DNA of 64,000 nt from Octopus sinensis (GCF_006345805.1 NC_043012.1:34472001-34536000), one strand, 5' to 3'. Positions 38,400 to 51,339 are shown, numbered from the stretch's first letter. Made by a program: numbers and translations. The notes: generated by a model not told the origin, from the sequence alone.

Positions 38400-38830
38400 T
38401 TGGCTCAAAAAGCAAAAAGCAAGGCCATGTAGGGGGACATGGAGTTATGTACAGGGTGGTGTTCATGTAAAGAGTTCAGGCCACTTGAGGTCAAGGGAGA
38501 CTTTGAACCGAGCGGTCGTCGGCATCTTCACCATCTCGTCTGGCAGCTTATTCCACGGATCCGCAACCCGGACGGAGAAAGCCCCTCTCCTTCGATTGAG
38601 ATGAAATCGTCGCAGATAGAGCTTTTCGGAATGACCCCGCAGCCGACGCTCTGGAGCAGGAGTGAAGAACAGCTCTTTCGAGAGGTTACACTTTCCGCTT
38701 ATGATGTTGTGAGCAGCGTGTAGGTATCTCCATAGTCGTTCAGAAATTCTATTAACTATCTTCTCGTTAGTCCACAGAATAGACAAGGGATTCGTCGGAG
38801 CAGAGACAGCATCTCCTGGATATTATATTG
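38400..38830 (-). mobile_element. CR1-clade LINE 3' end
   Basis: ORF 38463..38786: RLRGHSEKLYLRRFHLNRRRGAFSVRVADPWNKLPDEMV...RFKVSLD, the typical RGH..KL / WNxLP / FKxxLD terminus. Confidence 0.85.
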
Positions 38831-39159
38831 TATGGTTTTGCATGTCTAACTATGGACCAATTAATGTTGTACTTCGTTTTACCCCACTTCAGTCGCCATT
38901 TAAAATCTACCAAAGATGTCGAATGTCTCTTATTGATTGACTTAAAGCTGGCAACATGGTTACGATAACGATTCGTAAATGAATCAGTCGTCTGCCCAAT
39001 GTAAACATAGGGACCTCACCTTGTGTGCGCAGTACATTTATATACAAGATTTGTACTCATACAGAGATTCATCAAAGGACATTTTGATTTATCTCTGTAT
39101 GAGATAAATTTATCGTATTTATTTGTATATAAGGTAGACCCGACACCATTTATCGGCGT

Positions 39160-40020
39160 TGTTCTCGTGATAGCTGTACCATGAGTATTTGTACTACTAC
39201 AAATTGGTCGATTAATTTACTAAGCCCAGTATTGTTACGTTTATTGATACGTTTTCTTAGCAGTAATCCTAAGACTAGAAACTCTATCAATGTAAAATTA
39301 CTCCCGGTTCTGACATCATTTTATATAGGTAGTTCTTCGTCTCATTTGTCCAAAAGAATATCTAATCATTACTCTACATTGAGGTATGTCAATAAACGTA
39401 ACAATACTGGGCTTCGTAAATTAATCTGGTATCTAAAAGATTATAATAAACAATTTAATTTGGAGTGGAATATTCTCTCCATTTCATCACCTTATGACAA
39501 AGGTAAATCTTTTTGCTCCCTTTGTAATAGTGAAATATTTTTTATCCTATTCTTAAAGAATCCTCTTGTAAACACGTTTATAGAACGCGTTTATCGTTGC
39601 AAACATTGGCAGAAGCTTACCTTTAGTTCCTATAAGTGATTCTACCATTCTATAAAATTCGACCTTTGACTGTCTTCGACCCTTGGCACTTTCACTAAAT
39701 ATATCTACTTCCATGCTTTTAAGCTTTATTCTAATTCACCTATCGCTCTACACCTCTCCACTATTAGTTTTCTGCTAATTTCTTTCTTTCTCCTTCGCCT
39801 TTTTCCAAATACTAACTTTGACATTATATCAACTAACGGTTTTAAAAACAAAACTTAATAGCGTTCCCTTGATCACATACGCAGTCATCACATTCTATTA
39901 AAATGTCTTATTGCTGCCTTTGGTTTCTTTCTTTCGCTGATGAGAAGACTGCATTGCTTTACACGATTTTACTCTTTCTGGAATAATACCAATGTGGTCT
40001 TCGAAGAAGTAAAAGAATAT
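39160..40020 (+). mobile_element. Penelope-like element remnant: GIY-YIG endonuclease C-terminus plus terminal region with a decayed hammerhead
   Basis: ORF 39181..39639 SFYIGSS...KRISNH...LRKLIWYLKD...WNIL...YDKGKSFCSLCNSE...RCKH; CTGATGA-gaagac...gtcttc-GAAG at 39937-40006. Confidence 0.8.
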
Positions 40021-40072
40021 GAATAACACCTGCGTTGAACTCCATTTATCTTTTTATCTCTCTCTCTATATA

Positions 40073-40121
<49 letters not shown>

Positions 40122-40123
40122 TA

Positions 40124-40180
<57 letters not shown>

Positions 40181-40297
40181 CATATATATGTACATATATA
40201 TACATATATATGTACATATATATATATACATATATATGTACATATATATATATATATATACATATATATGTACATATATATATATATATACTATATA

Positions 40298-40339
<42 letters not shown>

Positions 40340-40592
40340 TATATGTATATATATTCTTATATATATATGTACATATATATATATGTTTATATGTATATAT
40401 ATACTTATATATATATATATGTACATATATATGCATGTATATATATGTATATATATATATACTTTATTAAAAGCAGCAGAAATTCAACAAAACCTGTTAT
40501 ATATGAATGCATATATATATATGGATATATGTATGTATATATATATATTTGTATCTATATATATATAAATATATACATATATATATATAATA

Positions 40593-40636
<44 letters not shown>

Positions 40637-40984
40637 TATATACATATATTTATGTTTATGCTTAGCAGACGAGATACTGCTAAGCATTTCGCCCGGAGCG
40701 CTAACGTTTCTAACAACTAGCCGCCAATACCACCACCACCACCACCACCACCAAGTGGCTGTTGTGAAGATTTAGGGGTGCTGGTATGGTATGTAATTTT
40801 CACAGCTACCCAGCCCCCAACTACGACAGTAACAACCATCATAAAAACCCATCAACACCCCACCAATTAACACAACTACAGGAACCACTAAACCCAGCGC
40901 CACCACACCAATCAGTGATGTAGTCTTTGTTGTTGTAGTGGTGATGTTATACACAATAGCACCATCCTCATCCCTAAACGATCA

Positions 40985-42290
40985 CCATAGCGCAGGCGTT
41001 GCTGTGTGGTAAGAAGTTTCCTTCCGAGCGACATGCTTTTGGGTTCAGTCCCACAGTCGTGGCACCTTGGACAAATGTCATCTACTGTAGCCTTGGGCCT
41101 ACCAAAGCCGTGTGAGCGGATTTAGTAGACGGAAACTGAAAGAAGCCACACACTCATATACTGCGTGTTATGGGTAAACTATCGCCATTTTATACTTTTC
41201 AATTTCGCGAATGCAATTTGTTTTTGATTTTGTCGATTATACAGTATAGTAGGGTCAGTCGGGCATCATCTGTGAGAAAAACAGCACCATGATGCAATTC
41301 ACTCTGCCAGAAATTTGGAAAAGACATGCTGTACTGCTTGGCATTCGCGCCGGAAGCTCAAATACGAATATTTCAGAACGTTTCGATGTCAATATGATGG
41401 TGCATGTACTGAGTGTGATAAAAATCAAACATCCAGTCAACATCATGGTATTTGGAGTGATCATCAGTGATGGCGACGTTATGCCTCCATTCTTCTTCCC
41501 ACACGGCCTTACACTCAATACGGAGGCCAACATCAAGTGCCTGGACGAGGTAGTGCTGCCCTAGGTCAAGAGAGTGGCTGCTGGAAGACCCTATGTCTGG
41601 CAACAGGGGAGCACCATGCAACACAATCAGGAGAACCCAGTCATGGCTGTCAGACAATTTCTGTGACCACATCACCCCTAACATCTAGCCACCTAACTCC
41701 CCAGACTGCAATCCCCTTGATTATTATGTGTGGAGCGCAGTTGAGCGAGAGACCATCAAAACTCCTTGTAACACCAAAGATAAACTGAAGGCAACCATTA
41801 TGGCAGTATTCATCAACTTAAACGAGGAGATAGTCCAGAATAGTCGCAGGAGATTCCGAAGTCGCCTGGAGGCCATGCTTGAAGCCAATGATGATTTTAT
41901 TGAATAAATTTACTCTTTAGTATTTCAAGATATTTTAATGTAATTTTGGTAAATATATCTGTTAAAATGAGATGTCAGTGCCAGCGTTATTTTAATTTTT
42001 GCGTAATTTAGACGACAGTTTATTCATCGCACCCTCTATATATACGTGTGTGTGTGTATGACATTGTGACTGCTTTTGTCCGGTACCACAGCAAAACAAC
42101 CGGTGTTTGTGTGTTTAAATCCCCGTAACTTAGTGGTTCGGCAAAAGAATTCGATACAATAAGTACCAGCCATAAAAAATAGAATCGGTACTAGAGTCGA
42201 TTCGCTCGAATAAAATGCTTCAAGGCGATACTCCAGCATGGCCACAGAATAATGACTGAACCAAGTGAAAGATAAAAGATAGCCACCAGA
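40985..42290 (+). mobile_element. SINE family B split by a maT insertion in its internal TA tract
   Basis: Head at 40985-41150 and tail at 42040-42290 flank the transposon. Confidence 0.7.
41161..42036 (+). mobile_element. Internally deleted DD37D (maT-type) transposon, copy 2
   Basis: TA-flanked degenerate TIRs; ORF 41289..41564 MMQFTLPEIWKRHAVLLGIRAG...KHPVNIMVFGV..., then ...PNSPDCNPLDYYVW; colinear with 11871-12761. Confidence 0.9.
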
Positions 42291-42374
42291 TGGTGGTAGT
42301 ACAGTTGTAGTGGTAGTGGTATAGATAATTTTTGTTGTTGTTGTTTGTTTGTATGTTTGTTGGTCCTTTGTTAT

Positions 42375-42678
42375 TAGTAAGACCCGCAGAGGAGAAAGCA
42401 GGGCAACCCCCTGACACCGAGAGCATCGACGGATGGATGAATGCGGATCCAGGCTCAGCGGTTACGTAGGAAGTCGGGGACAAGATACAGGAAGAAAGAG
42501 TGAGAGAAAGTTGGGGCGAAAGAGTACAACAGGGGTCGCCACCACCCCCTACCAGAGCCTTGTGGAGCTTTAGGTGTTTTCGCTCAATAAACACACACTA
42601 CGCCCGGTCTGGGAATCGAAACCGCGATCCTCCGACCGCGAGTCCGCTGCTCTATCCATTGGGACATTGCGCCTCCAC
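42375..42678 (-). mobile_element. SINE family C
   Basis: gtggaggcgcaatgtcccaatggatagagcagcggactcgcggtcggaggatcgcggtttcgattccc on the minus strand. Confidence 0.85.
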
Positions 42679-43944
42679 TGTTGTTGTTGTTTAACCCCAG
42701 GTTAGTTGTCCCTCTGCAGTGATTTGAGGGCTATTTCTCTGCTATTTTCGCTCGAATACCTTTTGCTTTTAAGAGATTTGGCTGATATTTCTAAATTCCA
42801 ATTTCTGACATGTCAAGATAGGCTGCATTAGTGCGGCTGAATATCGTTGGTTGGTTTTTAAAGCTTCGTAACTTGTTAATTATTAATTTCTTTAGAGAGT
42901 GGTTGTGGTGTTCGTAATTGGCATGAAAAACTATATCCGTGGAAAAAAAAATTCAATATTATCATCTGCTGGATGCCAGTTTAGACTACCCGCCATTGTG
43001 GGAAGTTATAAGCACATGAAGCAACCGGGTATTTACTCCCGCTGAAAATGCCAGGCTTGCAGATTGGCGAGAGTACTTTTTGATACCGTCGGTATCTATA
43101 CTCCGTTGTGCTTTGGCTAGAGGGTTGTTGAACCCAACACTCGGTAAACGCACCCATTTTGCGGACATTGCTTTTGTCCTGTTGATTTTGCCATTGATAC
43201 TAAGATTCGTCAGATGGAAGACAATTTATTTAACCACACAGCGACATAAGTCTGCGACAACTTAAAGTGAAAAGATCTGTTAAATAGCTATTAAATAGAT
43301 AACTAGACAATTGTCCGAAGTCAAAGGATTAGGATGTTAAAGATGTATGGTTGTGGTGGTGGGGGGGACCTAAACTTATTATCTTAGTGTGTTTCAGCAC
43401 TGGGAGAGAGATACAAGTAGGAATAGTGAAAGATATACACATAGATACACACACACACACGTGTATCTACTCAGGGGACGTAGACACACCCCACACAAAC
43501 ACAGAGACCCCTCCAGAGACCCACAAATACACAGACCTACACAGACAAAGACCCACAAACACACAGACCCTCCCACTGACATGCGTACACACAGACACAC
43601 AGACACCCACACCAAATCATAAATACTTGCACACACACTCACATACGCACATACGCAGGCACACACACATAGTTTCACAAAACATATATCTATATGCATA
43701 TATACCCGCATACACTCAAATATATATACATATAAATCCACGCGCACACAGACACCCACGCGACTGTATAAGTATATCAGTACATCTATACAGACACGTA
43801 TATACATACATAATACATACAAGCATACATATACACACACGCATGCATGTATATGTACATAATACATGCACACATATATGCATGCGGTGCATACACTGAT
43901 GCATATATACATACATGTGTACATACACACCCACAGATACCTAA

Positions 43945-44172
43945 TTCTTTATTACCCACAAGGGGCTACACATAGAGGGGACAAACAAGGACAGACATAG
44001 GTATTAGGTCGATTACATCGACCCCAGTGCGTAACTGGTACTTATTTAATCGACCTCGAAAGGATAAAAGGCAAAGTCGATCTCGGCGGAATTTGAACTC
44101 ACAATGTAACGGCAGACGAAATACCGCTAAGCATTTCGCCCGGTCTGCTAACGTTTCTGCCAGGTCGCCGCC
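43945..44172 (-). mobile_element. SINE family A, full length
   Basis: Reverse complement of the 10697 copy. Confidence 0.9.
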
Positions 44173-44206
44173 TTACACCCACAGATACCTGTGTATATTT
44201 CAACAC

Positions 44207-44267
<61 letters not shown>

Positions 44268-44574
44268 CACATGCATACACCGACGCATATATAGTAGGTG
44301 CAGTGAATATATCAACTTATATACCTGGATATGTACCCGTATAAACATTAGAGGTAATCTAATTAAAGATTGGTTTGGGTTATTCCAAACTATATATAAT
44401 TATACTGGTAAGGTTAAAATGAAAATAAACAAGTACGGGCGATACACATACGTCTCTATCCATAAACACCTACGCAGACAAACCCACTCATTTATCCAAG
44501 TACAAGCACGTATACAAATATACACAAACATATATATACACACACATACACACACATATACTTTATATAGGAGT

Positions 44575-44732
44575 GCCTGTGTGGTAAGTAGCTTGTTTAC
44601 GAACCACATGGCTCCGGGTTCAGTCCCACTGTGTGGCACCTTGGGCAAGTGTCTTCTACTATAGCCTCGGGCCGACCAAAGCCTTGTGAGTGGATTTGGT
44701 AGACGGAAACTGAAAGAAGCCCGTTGTATATA

Positions 44733-44817
<85 letters not shown>

Positions 44818-45050
44818 ATATATATATATGCGTGTGTGTGGTTGTGTCTGTGTTTGTCCCCCTAGCATTGCTTGACAGCCGATGCTGGTGTGTCCCCGTT
44901 ACTTAGCGTTTCGGCAAAAGAGACCGATAGAATAAGTACTGGGCTTACAAAGAATAAGTCCCGGGGTCGAGTTGCTCAGCTATAAAGACAGTGCTCCAGC
45001 ATGGCCGCAGTCAAATGACTGAAACAAGTAAAAGAGTAAAAGAGTATATA
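44575..45050 (+). mobile_element. SINE family B, full length, with internal (TA)n and (GTAAAAGA)n-like tail
   Basis: Head, microsatellite and tail are all readable. Confidence 0.9.
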
Positions 45051-45255
45051 CACACATACACATACACCCATAGGTATACATACGCCCATAGGTGTACATA
45101 CACAAACACGCAAACCCATACACTAATGTATATGTATACGTAGACACAAATATAGATACCTATGTGTACATGTTCACGCAAGTATTCACACACGTACACA
45201 CATAGATACACACACACACAGATACACACACACAAATACACACACACACAAATCG

Positions 45256-45640
45256 TTACTATTATGCAAAAGTGTCGTAAGTCCAAAATGTTGCTTTTTC
45301 AGAAAACGAAAGAATAGTTTCCCCATTCCATTTCTTTTTAAATTAGCAACAGTTCCAGCTAAACAATGATACTTTGTTTCGTGCATAAGATCGTAACTCC
45401 ATGCATAGATGATATTTTCAGTCAGAAATATTTTTGCAAAACTGTCGTATGTGGGACTTACTACACCTTTGAAAAATGCTAAACCGTTCTACAATTTTCA
45501 TATCTTGGCATTTAAAGCAGCTGGAGATACGATAGTTTGACCAAAAGAACCCGCTATTGCAAGCAAAATTTAATATTGAAAAAAAAAAAAAACCCGTATT
45601 AATCCAAATTTGGACATACGACAATTTTTCGCAATAGCAA
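45256..45640. mobile_element. MITE with ~24-bp TIRs, copy 1
   Basis: ttactattatgcaaaagtgtcgta ... tacgacaatttttcgcaatagcaa; inverted homologue at 56700-56938. Confidence 0.7.
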
Positions 45641-45654
45641 AGTTATGTATATAT

Positions 45655-45810
45655 AAAGGGAGAGTTTACGAAAAAAGCAAAAAACGAAGACAGGCGGTAT
45701 ACAAAACAAACAGATGTATTAGTATAACGCTCAGGAATAGAAGAAATCTTTTACGATTCGAGTCTACGCTCTTCTACAGAAAGGGACACAGAAAAAACAA
45801 GGAGAGAAAC
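45655..45810 (-). mobile_element. Short Penelope-type repeat with variant hammerhead-like motif (45746-45787)
   Basis: Minus strand gtccctttCTGTAGAagagcgtagactcGAATcgtaaaagat. Confidence 0.6.
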
Positions 45811-45864
45811 AAGGAAATATATATATATAGAGTCACATATGTATATTCTCACATATAACTAAAT

Positions 45865-46188
45865 CTATGTAAAACATGCCTACCCATGTAAAACATGCCT
45901 ACCCATGTAAAACATGCCTACCTATGTAAAACATGCCTACCCATGTAAAACATGCCTACCCATGTAAAACATGCCTACCCATGTAAAACATGCCTACCTA
46001 TGTAAAACATGCCTACCGATGTAAAACATGCCTACCGATGTAAAACATGCCTACCGATGTAAAACATGCCTACCCATGTAAAACATGCCTACCCATGTAA
46101 AACATGCCTACCCATGTAAAACATGCCTACCCATGTAAAACATGCCTACCCATGTAAAACATGCCTACCCATGTAAAACATGCCTACC
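45865..46188. repeat. 19-bp minisatellite, ~17 copies of (c/t/g)atgtaaaacatgcctacc
   Basis: Direct reading. Confidence 0.95.
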
Positions 46189-46291
46189 TACAAACACATA
46201 CAAAATATATGTGTGCGCATGTGTACGTAAATATATGTATGTGTACACATACAAACTCACACACACACACACACATACACACGCACACACA

Positions 46292-47557
46292 GAGGGTGCC
46301 CAGGCTTAATTTGACAATTTTTTATGCGTCCGTTTATTTTTAGTTACAGCTTCATTTATTGGCGAACAGTCAACGGCATTGGGAACATAGCGATTAAAGT
46401 TGAAGTTGAGAAAAGCTTAGCTGATTGGAAGGACCGAAAGCCATTTGAATATTGGTAAAGGGTTACAGGCATTAGAATGCCAATACCATAACTGCTGCTC
46501 AAAGCTCTGTGAACTCTGTGAAGGTTGTAAGATGCAACGGAGATTACGAAGCATTGACCAGTAGGTAGGGACACAGCACCCGTTCTGACTGCCTCTGCAC
46601 GCCCTGCATCTTGGAACAGGGCCTGAAGGTAAATTTGAATGACCCTATGAAGCTGATGGAGACTGTGGTCAATCCCTGGCTGGAGAGGGTTTCTGCTGGA
46701 ATGCCATAAATGTGGCTGCAGGATTCGGATTCTTGCCATACCTGTGGAGGCATCCCCAAAGTCCATCCCCTCCTCACCGTGGCGGGGACGCTGGCAACGG
46801 GTAGTGTCAGAGCTATGCCGTCGGGAACTTCGGTTCCTGGTAGAGCCACCCAAGGCTGATTGGTCTGACACCGAGTGGTATTAGGGCCACAACCCGGCAG
46901 ACGGGGCTCTGGTGAAAATCATCGGAGTGTCTGTTTCGCCAACCAACTCTCCTCGGTCGTTCTGTCCCTGCGTCTGCGGACAATCTGTGGCAAACAGGAT
47001 GCCTCTACATGCGGGATTGTTGGGGACCGCTTGTGAAATTCATATTCCCACGAAACTTCTTCCAACTTCTTCGAGATGCCTCGAGGGCGGTAGAAGAAGC
47101 CGACTCAACCCGCCCAGGGTGAATGTCACCACAAGTACAAGTAAGTACATACCTGTGGAGAGAAGTGGTTATCGGAGAATTTCTACAATTTCGCCAGTCC
47201 CGTTTTCTGGTCCCTTAATCCCACCAGTTGTAACCCTATGTTTTACTATGTGTGGGCCATGGCTGAGGAAGACACCAACAGTCCTGCGTGCAAATCCAAG
47301 TCTGAGCTGGTGGCCATGATCAAGGAGGTTTTTTGAAGATTTTTCCCAGGGACACAGTGAAGAATACATGAGTCAGGTTCCGGTGCCGTTTTGAGGTCCC
47401 AGTGGAAGCTGGGGGTGGCTCCTTTAAGTAAACTGTTATCTCCCAGCCATAACCTAGTTGATACTTTTTCATATTTTAAAATACTTTTATTTTTGCATGA
47501 CATATTGTTTTTTCTTCTCCTTTTATGCAAACTGTCAAATTTAGCCCGGCCACTCCC
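46292..47557 (+). mobile_element. Degenerate maT-like Tc1/mariner element interrupted by a retroelement
   Basis: TIRs gagggtgcccaggcttaatttgaca / tgtcaaatttagcccggccactccc; ...VVNPWLERVSAG..WLQDSDSCHTCG|EKWLSENF...CNPMFYYVW. Confidence 0.75.
46750..47147 (+). mobile_element. 398-bp RTE-derived non-autonomous element (5' UTR-like part joined to 3' end) with 13-bp TSD
   Basis: TSD catacctgtggag at 46737-46749 and 47148-47160; ends DASRAVEEADSTRPG* plus a caagtacaagtaagta tail; gagctatgccgtcggg...cctggtagagccacccaagg resembles RTE/Expander 5' UTRs. Confidence 0.75.
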
Positions 47558-47639
47558 CCTCCCCCACTCTCCCTATATGTGTGCGTGTGTGTGTGTGAGT
47601 GTGTGTGTGTGTATGTGAGTGTATACACACACATTCTTT

Positions 47640-48199
<560 letters not shown>

Positions 48200-48814
48200 T
48201 ATATATGTTATATTGTTGGTAGTTATGAACGAATGTATAGTTTGCTATTGGCGCTCTTTGATCCAGGTTCATTCCGGTCAAAGTCACGTCATTCGTGCCC
48301 TACCTCTTTTTTATGTTCAACCAAATTTAAAACCAAATTATACAAAACCTTTCAAGAGATTAGGGCCTGATTTAAAGGAGACACGACTGCTATTTCTAGC
48401 ATGTCGGGTGACTACGTAAGGGTATCCTTATTGGTTCCTAGTAAAGATGAGGTCTGTTGTGGTGATGGTGGGAGTGGGTCGACAGTGGTGATGATTGTAG
48501 AGTGATGGCTGTTATGATGTGTGGTGATGGCGGCGGTAAGGTTGTGGTGAATACACTGTTCTTGTGTGTGTGTGTGTGTCTGTATCAAAGAAACATGAAA
48601 AGAAAAGGGCTAATGGTGTGTGTGTGTGTGTGTTGTGTGTGTGTGTGTGTAGTGGTGGGGTAGTTTGCAGAAAACCCTCTCGAACGTCAAAGTGATAAAA
48701 TAAGGTTAAAGAATAAAAGAGAAAGTGAGGATTATAAACTGATGAAAAGAGAGAAGAAGAGAGAGAGAGAATGAGAAAAAGAGTGGGAGATAGTGATTGT
48801 TATTTTTCGTGAGA

Positions 48815-48846
<32 letters not shown>

Positions 48847-48847
48847 T

Positions 48848-48878
<31 letters not shown>

Positions 48879-48963
48879 GAGTGTGTGTATATGTGTGTGT
48901 GCGCGCGTGCTGTGGATGTGTTTTACAAAATATTGAAGTTTTTCAAGTTGAACGAATCTTTAC

Positions 48964-49036
48964 CGAAAGATTCGATTCCATAGTGATTGTCTTCTTCGCA
49001 GGGGAAGATTTGATTGTAACTATCAGGCGGATACAT
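48964..49036 (-). CDS. Candidate first coding exon MYPPDSYNQIFPCEEDNHYGIESF(G), phase-1 donor
   Basis: ATG at 49036 is open for 73 nt to TTCG|GTAAAG; unique, non-repetitive sequence next to GA-rich tracts; protein not recognised. Confidence 0.3.
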
Positions 49037-50437
49037 TGCCAACACCTACTTCCATATATTTACACAGAACGCACGCTTCATAACGCAGGCACAGTTGTCA
49101 ACCACACGCAAATCTCTCTCCTCCCTCTCCCTCTCTCTCTCTCATTTTTTTTCCTACGATTTTGTCTTTCTGTCTGCCTACGTCTCTATCTTTTCTTTCT
49201 CCACAATTCTTACCTGTTTACGTATTTTTCTCCGTCTTTCTATCCACTATAGGAAAAGACAAAAAAAAAAAAAAAGGCTTGTTTTGCTTTCTAACTTCCT
49301 AAACCTACCTTCTCTTCAATCCTTCATTTATCATTCACCCACCCACGGGAGATCTGTCCACCCATCTGTTCCTCCTGTCATCTGAGTAACCATCAATCTA
49401 TCTATCTATGGTAGTTACATGAGATCGGTGTAACGAAATGTTTTGCTTTTATTTTCCCTCGTATATTTAAATTCCTTCAAATTACTAAAAAAAATATCTT
49501 TAAATAGAAAAAAAAGACAACTTTTAATTTCAATATTTGGGCAATTAAAACACACACACATACACACACACACAAACACACACACAAATACACACACACA
49601 CACACACACACACACGTATTATGTGAATGTGTGTGTGTATGTACTTCATTCATACAAAAAAAAAAACCCATAACTTTGGAAAATCAAAAAACAAAGCTAA
49701 AAGTACTGTCACAAGACAGATACTGCAATAATTGACAACTACTACAAACTTGTCTGATGTAATATCCAGAATTATTTAAAGTCTAAGACCGTTGTATTGG
49801 AATTTAATTCACAAAATCTTTCTGTTAACCATTTCCTTCGTGTTCTTCATAAAGTGATTATTAATCGTGATACTACATATATTTGGTAGCTGTCCCTAAA
49901 TATTAACAAAAAAAGAAGAAGAAAAAACTGGGGGGGTTAAGTATTTTTAAAAGGATGTACTTGAAAAAATAAAAGGAACCAAACTTTTTTCATGTCCTAA
50001 TTAACCAGTTGTACTAATTAACCAGAAAATACACACACACACGCGCGCGTGTATATAAAAACTATTGAGAAAGATATTGTATAGGCGATATGTACGTCAT
50101 TAAGGAGGAGAGAAGAATAATTATAATTATATAACTAAAAGCGAATTACCCATATCAAATAGATTCTCTAGCGTAGCCGTATATCTTCGCGTTACGCCCC
50201 AAACAATTTTGACCAGGCGTTAAGAAGGAACTGGTGGGTGTTTGAATGGTGGATGTGGGAGTGAGAGTACGTCAGGCGTGTTACCGATCCACTTGGACAC
50301 AGCTGTTACCTGCCTCTATACATACAAGTCGAGCTAAGCAAAAGCAGCCGAGCCAACTTCAAACTACAAAGGCTATTTCTGTCCTTCAGAAAGAATAACG
50401 CCAAGTTTGTAGATAGCGCGTGTAATAATAATAATAA

Positions 50438-50472
<35 letters not shown>

Positions 50473-50680
50473 CTATAACATTTATGTAAATACATACATT
50501 GTAAATAAATAATATATACATATCTACATCTATATACATATTTACTTATCTATCTATCTTTCTATATATATATATATATTTAGATACATACATATATGTA
50601 TATGTATATCTATACATACTGCTGACTAACGCAAAAGCACTTGGCGAACTAAACCTCCACAACAAACAAAAACATAAACA

Positions 50681-50750
50681 ATGAAGGCTGCAAATAGTTC
50701 GATACTTGGTTTCCTGATCGTCCTCATTGCATTGACAATGTTATCCCAAG
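50681..50750 (+). CDS. Candidate signal-peptide exon of a secreted protein or peptide precursor: MKAANSSILGFLIVLIALTMLSQ(G)
   Basis: A-rich start context aaacaATG, basic n-region, hydrophobic core, and CAAG|GTAGGT phase-1 donor immediately after; downstream exons not identified with confidence. Confidence 0.65.
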
Positions 50751-51156
50751 GTAGGTCGACAGATTGCTTTACAGTTTTTTTATTCCCATGTTTTAATTTT
50801 TTTTCTTCTATTACCAAAGATTGCTCTATATTCTTCGTATAAAAAAAAATTATTCATGCCATTGATTGTACAATGTCCGTGAAAAATGAGTTGTATATAA
50901 AAAAAATATTTGAAGCAGAAATGACAGAAACTACATGTAGTAATAGTAATAGTGATAATAATGATGATAATAATAATAATATTAATTAATATTAATAATA
51001 ATAATAAATGTTAAGATTTTTGTATTGCTTATGAATTTGTTTTTTTTTTATTCATTTCATACTAACAATATAATTATTATTAATTAAAGTAGAACTATTA
51101 TGCTTGACTATATTTGAGTTTAGTCAGTGCCATATATATATATATATTATATATAT

Positions 51157-51198
<42 letters not shown>

Positions 51199-51339
51199 AA
51201 TTTAAAATGTGGGTGAGAAATTAGATATTAATTTAATTAACATCGATTTCACACCAGTGGTCTAGCATATAAAAAAACTGAAGGTTCAGTAAAATTGTAT
51301 TATATACATATTAGAGGGAATCCTCTAATATATATATAT

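Noticed and set aside
45865-46188. Regular repeat as a CRISPR array
   Set aside because: Units are contiguous with no unique spacers, there are no cas genes, and the context is eukaryotic.
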